32,000 bases of DNA, taken from NCBI GenBank assembly GCA_003144275.1, contig NJBF01000004.1:1-32000 (forward strand), read 5' to 3'. Made by a program: the position numbers and the translations under genes. This document shows positions 31,301-32,000 of this stretch, one piece after another. Numbering within the stretch: the first letter of the stretch is position 1; each line of letters begins with the position of its first letter. Origin of the DNA: Candidatus Heimdallarchaeota archaeon B3_Heim (GTDB taxonomy: Archaea; Asgardarchaeota; Heimdallarchaeia; Hodarchaeales; Hodarchaeaceae). The notes beneath the pieces were generated by a model. The model was not told the origin of the DNA. It saw nothing but the letters and a program-made list of their open reading frames with translations, and made no database searches.

Positions 31301-32000
31301 GTGCACTATCATCTCGGTATATTTCAAAGATAGTGCTTCCGTTGTTACCTACAAGATCTGATATTGTTACTGTATACGAACCATTTGCCGTAGCTGTGGG
31401 AGAGAATGAGTACTGATGATCCCAGATTAATTGATGACTATCCCCAGCTCCTGCAGTAGTATTATACCCTCCATCTGTACTGAAAATATCTGGGAAAAAG
31501 CTAACATTTAGACCTGCATCAAGATTTGCATGAGTTTCTTGACCATCTATTTTAACAGTAAACGCACGGGTTCCTGATCCAACATTAGAGTAATAGATTA
31601 AAGTAGTTGATGCATTATACAGATATTCAGGTAATAAATCTTCTGCTAGACTAAGTATTGAGACTTCTGGATCATAATTATCTTTTAAAAACGTAACAGT
31701 AGCTGTTATTTGATTTCCGACATTATCCGTTGAAGTAATTACAATATCAGTTTCTGGGCCAGTCTGTTCAGAATCAGTTCCATGAATAAAGTATGAGGCA
31801 CTCCAGATAGTACCAGGAGTATTATTATTTGGAGAATCACCAAAATGAGATGTGAAATTAACAGTAAGTAACCCAGAGGGAAAATCATTTGATGTTCCGC
31901 TGATATTAATCTGGACAGGAACACCGCCCATATTATCACTAAAGAAAAAATAGTCTCCTGCAGGAGTAATGTAAACAAAAAGACTGTCGGAAATATCCTC
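16338..32000 (-). CDS. Giant adhesin-like single-pass membrane protein (>5220 aa, 5'-truncated) with tandem Ig-like repeats and a cytoplasmic FLCN/SMCR8-like longin domain
   Basis: The frame is open from 32000 (EDISDSLFVY...SDNMGG, a repeat unit), so ATG 31931 is internal. ~113-aa repeats; TM at ~16915-16975; cytoplasmic GIVASFFDQTKGPVPIIVYP ... GYAFAVANPEARGGQENLSLSFVV. Confidence 0.92.
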   Translation of the reverse strand, partial: EDISDSLFVYITPAGDYFFFSDNMGGVPVQINISGTSNDFPSGLLTVNFTSHFGDSPNNNTPGTIWSASYFIHGTDSEQTGPETDIVITSTDNVGNQITATVTFLKDNYDPEVSILSLAEDLLPEYLYNASTTLIYYSNVGSGTRAFTVKIDGQETHANLDAGLNVSFFPDIFSTDGGYNTTAGAGDSHQLIWDHQYSFSPTATANGSYTVTISDLVGNNGSTIFEIYRDDSAPIVNITTLTENSWLLHYSGGTLFYSNDQSMNSSFTLNVTVDDGIGQSGRDRATGATAFGDSPIGTIYVSDSYYNLGYYINENENETGNLIVSGYDMVGNSATDNITLTIDNDGPTELSIEAVNGHANSEYLHYTGGNLYFSNTNPALNEQFTIRVFGSDSGSGILNATGEDDLGETNVFDTTYAGFYELNYTVNSGDPVTGDQIAIFFYDNCGNINSTSLPTFLDNNAPVSLVILDIIGDELSDFLYYDSPKEILFYSNDQVMAESFTIRVNATDFGAGLKNATGEDEFEETGIGTSAYSGYFELSYDILQSENASDNLVTITIFDMCGNSDSVDLVTRIDNSGPRDVKISLINDYGSNFIYLYNDTGTLTLYLSNKSTVDHTFTVVVDYNEPANESGYKLMIGGSYLGESYADISNFATYILNTTDNVENGTLTFWIYDQVNNSNSVALTVYGDLTNPSLLNDEYYFDDHGSDFLHYNTSHFFFSDEMSSTQTLTVYGTGFDGLGGSGVDRVSFQTVFGSTPSTDLGASWSADYGIDSTDDENDTTTGNISITITDHVNNNYTFLVFFVVDNEAPSNLAIDDIIEELLAEYLHYVNLTTTLYYSNVRPDRGSRNFTVRVNSSDTGGAGLRYAVFPDIGSGFTLGGSDTSHVGGLWEFSYQIDGPAVASYNGSVTISVLDFVGNNQTISFDLYHDNSPPINVALTDILESSEYLFYNSGSEVFYYSNDQLMAESFTVQVTADDLESGRQRANASEFGDSVSTSIYGGSGFELSFTINQGESEPTFTILVWDNVDNSELFTLVTQVDNTAPQNLNIITVLETPDSDYLYFDGSTLYYSNDQVMTATFVIRINGTDSGAGRKNATGEAEFNDVGVGSSSYSTFYELTYNIVQNDNASDELVTISMFDRVGNVNSIDLSCIKDNSAPSISISDIIESSYYLHYDLSNDILYYSNKTASLDEPFTIRLTGSDVGGAGRLNATGEADFGGSIVGDLVYSSYYELPYTLNTNEYASDNYIILTIFDNVGNSNSLNLDCILDNDAPDFVTLDSLTGPDVSDLLYYSGTVLFYSNDQAMSESLSLHIDVLELLSGVENVSGSLAFGESPVITTNASGTFDLQYTVSQSETVGGGVVQVFVYDKVGNVNSSILLPVTLDNTAPIIDPINEIIENSEFLDYSATILYYANQHFGQNELFSVNITSQDGVGSGLLKVEGSTDFTDTPSDTSYQGYYLVNYSVGYDEEASGDQITFTVYDRVHNIDSVTLNLVKDNTPPSGITIQSVSYSSEYLYYDSSITTLYYSNDQIMNALFDVSLLSADNGGGAGLKNLTSSLAFSEQPSDSDYVGEYFISYTVSIGETGGGAILFSVFDRVGNVNSSVSLTLVLDNQSPTEPTIIGIIESSEYLYYNISGQTFYYSNDQPMDDPFTIQLTTDDLSAGLLKANGSTDFGGTPEDISYLGQYDLVYTVGETEHAGGDNQIVIEVFDRVGNANSTSISCILDNSNPSLPIVTAVIESSAYLYYDAPTFYYSNDQPMSDSLTIQFTTTDAISGLLKANGSTDFGGETPEDSTYDSQYILTYSVSNGETAGADNWINITAYDQVGNSRTYSLSCVVDNAGPTSVSIDDVIEEVGAQFLYYDSSGETFYYSNDQTMAESLTVQVTAIDTGSDLQKANATEFGDSVSESFYGPSGYELSFVVNEGDSEPAFSITVWDNVGNPASVALTTNLDNTPPQSLAIVALLESPESDFLYYDGINLFFSNDQPMSATFKIHISGTDSGVGRKNATGDDEFGDTGIGNSTYSTYYQLEYNIVQNDDVSDGTLTIWLYDLVGNRNSIGLTCRKDNTAPSLTIDFPTSGWNNSVGGIASYGGTAIDNLGTYNSGITTTSFAFSQYDEVLTSYVATQQVFTVDSLVGSTWNDENEINIINNANITLTVYCWDHVNNTQSASVQIWHDDTPPEIEYNDPTAGGLTPYYNLADYLTTFDVDFLRNNETHSLASRLTKAEYQTDDGQGWYVIFDSTQAGDYVTNWTISSWNDTLFNGENTIDIRVQDEAGNIQTHIFSSGLYGFNLRLDTLGPIIFSIDVLGNEPGIPNPFLYDWDGSDFNLTFIFESSSKITDIYIKSDQNSTEQNYDNSTELLRWYNIINTDYYNATNSLINYDIGNTGNRSILVRARNLAGINSSWIQVNLFVDEEDPIVSLQSLSEFIPYKWTIFADTPNNKLYYSTLMGSNPANFNVTITALDSGSGMIGGYTRFEPFLSILLQNETLVGTFNVTNATPNGYWINATAYDASGRSETYMVIQVVRDTSSPENLSIVSFVENGEYLYYDNSSTRLFFSNDQPMSDTFIITILAQDNVGGAGLYNLTGTGAFGEVPSDFTYDSGYQINYTVSQSETGGALITFNVYDLVGNVNNSLSVDLQLDNDNPSVPVITSVDEYSEYLYYNAPTFYYSNNYQMSEVITIHFTTSDSGADLLNATGSIDFGGESPFNLSYSSEYSLYYTLSDGETAGGDNQIIITVYDRVGNSIATSLSCVLDNTGPTSLDIVDVLVEVGSQYLFYESGSETFYYSNDQIMNERFTVQVTAIDTGSDLLKANASEFGDTVTNSTYGGSGYELSFIVNQGELEPAFSITVWDNVGNPTSVSLTISVDNVEPTQPVIVSIIETSDYLYNLTTTNLFYSNDQVMAESFTIQLTSTDSLSGLQKAIGSLDFGGTPEDTVYSGMYEMVYTVNQNDNAGGDNQIIITVVDNVGNNNTVNLPCTFDNTAPTVPSIVDVIEDSEHLYYDGSSIFYSNDQSMNDSFTIQLTTSDGISDLQKVSGSSDFGGESPEDTTYDSMYELTYFVGFTDDAGLDDQITLIIIDWVGNTRILAINCYEDNTVPTVNPVIVSEISDFAYYPANGTQVIWYGNQMPSDIIVDFSVVTDDGAQIDDSGIQFVLFPSFFNRGLALNDSTTPYAWTYTISNTSTDIGNMIFTSIDNCGNIDSVSLEVRRDTQAPSGSIVSIDDGGSIYVHSADLDKIWYSDLMDSSPQSVTITISTSDSDVNDAGVATTTYPLIGNDPEINLTSGSRIYQLTSTDDTNATVFFLIYDKVGNTYQIPLQVIRDLLNPTVAFNDVSNPVYDPSSNELDNLDNWYDQGELTGGYDIFSIPSDSLSGVFSVYMSWDSTSGDSYFSQNLGADGDGNLLSDLGINISDDNDGVVNITLTVYDQVNNQAQAYLLIRLDNSNPFEAGYVIDTTILHQNGKELILSGQTDDGLGSGIQNITIISTLFEDIVSTGFTAWSLSNDSNFDSVITPGQNETVSIIVYDNVNNEYSYTADITYHLFNFVNLVTTIPRHVEIDDPGTWNITFNFEFDGLQINETQAIIDRLLNISQFNVAIDGINVPILGGISWSDDILILIVDLPDSLTSVSVGSTYSIQINWFVSDLPADISLAFSFTKPNVVTYHDLEISYVSDDLDIVETNNPEYSLMNVILYFENDDSPYTTDLVDFNVNLTIDGADATFIQSVHLANGNHNLTFQLPEGLTTGLKDIEFNWLFSSGLYYHVVDSNISLGRVTYYDIVIDAIVPSSMQLFEIDGDFSISVNYDVREDEGDQSLDYVLSTSLEELSIKGSDYTNQIDIGSFFNSLNGSYGFSFDLFAANTTIQWLGNQSIRFKVQSTVSNLWEWGVVTIKGHDLKMIIDSIRTWPGGLDFFDPDEQTPFTLNFTVLDDIGFGNEPVTNINLTDNFITIFLENIEVINLNATINSFLEWGYINQVQGKYYLRFVLEVEDATQLGIGKIALSLTISDIDGHQVTVSSEENSVILTSKDLALLLGLEWVYIPDFGSDGLFTFGYENSTEVLDWTFRVSVGSTITIRYRIYAFDNPTVESTDPQNIYWKTPWDSAEQEKSALNQTSFITINVTSNQVIRQLFIAYVEDNKEKQLGFSDSTWRFYLEWDEMEAATSDVDDDPTDINNSVLNVDGNYTLTYNTQFASSGINAAGSVFQVNITLWQYDGQDWIQFNQTNFVHTDGDGSLLPIFFSNGTATIGNLFVIDTPSAPNFADGKLDFQFQFSEVVKATVTVRATEEATSDGYDYRYYSTYPDYPGEVFSFVNQTSATYSQNTSIWTKFIVDIWAEDYRIPRLTGATINVSVRYAHDSTLDLTGVRVFILNENISTAYPSSQWDGYQVSFPNLISNGLVENAFYSISQFIDPRFGISSFEADDGKIQVEIIWDQVIFQIGFAQPWGSNIRFNVNETAFVEIVAYYDYDDTPFNGIIKMQHGSFSNSSSLFYNPRNWNDSVSVPIAPEYTTRPGDTLFLVNGILEDLHGLNGTKERQGYLVLSESGSRWLIIRWDRILVDFIPDQLDYYPGESLNVSLSIFYEKDGKSLDSSHFEYSLYRDGQIFLSNRTQFYFTDFEIHALNHTYHIDWSVDYKTNLRGTFSSGLVKQPKAKITIEWIDNIDPLLVYHELLDWGNGSIGFLVIASDDSPESYFGSDIANITVQLTLFGFPPGDPLYLTEYNTSSGPMFYGSLTTDSSTPRNNFKFNESVTYTISLKDNQGNEISHVFEKFLDSDSATPIHDPVFINFSSSQDGRITVSVNSTDIWSGLSGAVIAFKDPSTGNWSEFYSMSYRNVDRGREYSFSSVFDVGTLLEYEIRISDIVGNVQIITDDIEILDRAGPKLVGGTFAYLGFGSFSINIATADDGSEISKAVLGYYVGGEWKYIDLTKVLSVGSGSSLQKTTSRYNAKFLGDFSIPTNFIDDTSVLFSLSLSDSEGNTRIISNSEINSTLKLSSLSLSDDGYNIPSSAEELLNNPIVILLIFTILFSIGFITVQRFRTISGFDKKKVLTEMVNISDNEVWEENDSVSIGIVASFFDQTKGPVPIIVYPEKLRSSEKMLASLSDRSFSTLGFVSNPEDDKHATFRFQVGADKCTVFGYAFAVANPEARGGQENLSLSFVVRPPWGNLENINRFMNELVERLQHIHHLMKENADSKLVQKEMEITRNFLTRAMIVFRKKYKKEFIE
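21390..32000 (-). repeat. Tandem coding repeats of ~339 nt (113 aa), Ig-like units
   Basis: Linker Pro codons at 23724, 23385, 23046 and 22707 are exactly 339 nt apart. Consensus DNxxP..I.E.S.YLYY..FYYSNDQxM..FTI...D..SG...A.G..FG.....Y.L.Y.V..GE......I.V.D.VGN. About 26 such units plus ~5 divergent ones, counted by eye. Confidence 0.92.

Noticed and set aside
31929-31931. ATG 31931 as the start of the giant gene
   Set aside because: The frame stays open to base 32000 and encodes another repeat unit, with no signal peptide; the gene is truncated by the window.
11777-31978. Many 64-108 aa ORFs inside the two large genes
   Set aside because: Shadow or alternative-frame ORFs with no motifs or RBS support.
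21390-32000. CRISPR array or DNA-level repeat element
   Set aside because: Repeats are degenerate at codon level, in frame, ~339 nt long and have no spacers; they are protein-domain repeats.
1-32000. tRNA, rRNA, transposase or integrase genes
   Set aside because: No cloverleaf, rRNA signature or mobile-element ORF was seen.

Overview
AT-rich archaeal window, most likely from an Asgard archaeon. That assignment is inferred from an Orc1/Cdc6 gene, a class I LysRS and FLCN/SMCR8-like longin domains. The left ~8.5 kb is a housekeeping and envelope region: a structured ~165-nt inverted-repeat element at the left edge, a GT-C/GT87-like membrane glycosyltransferase, cdc6, a bPH-like membrane protein, a GlmU-like NTP-transferase/hexapeptide protein with altered catalytic motifs, lysS (class I) and two hypothetical proteins. 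The right ~23.5 kb is one translationally coupled minus-strand operon. It encodes three paralogous predicted single-pass membrane proteins (>5220 aa and truncated by the window edge, 1537 aa, 993 aa) followed by an 81-aa CxxC/H/H protein. Each large protein has an Ig-like/beta-rich ectodomain, one TM helix and a ~190-220 aa cytoplasmic domain. Two of these domains carry FFDQxxGPxP and NPxARGG motifs resembling the folliculin/SMCR8 longin (uDENN) domain and its GAP arginine finger; the third is a clearly related copy lacking these motifs. The main hypothesis is an adhesin-like receptor-GAP system coupling surface contact to small-GTPase signalling. Family assignments are by-eye motif recognition; no database searches were run.
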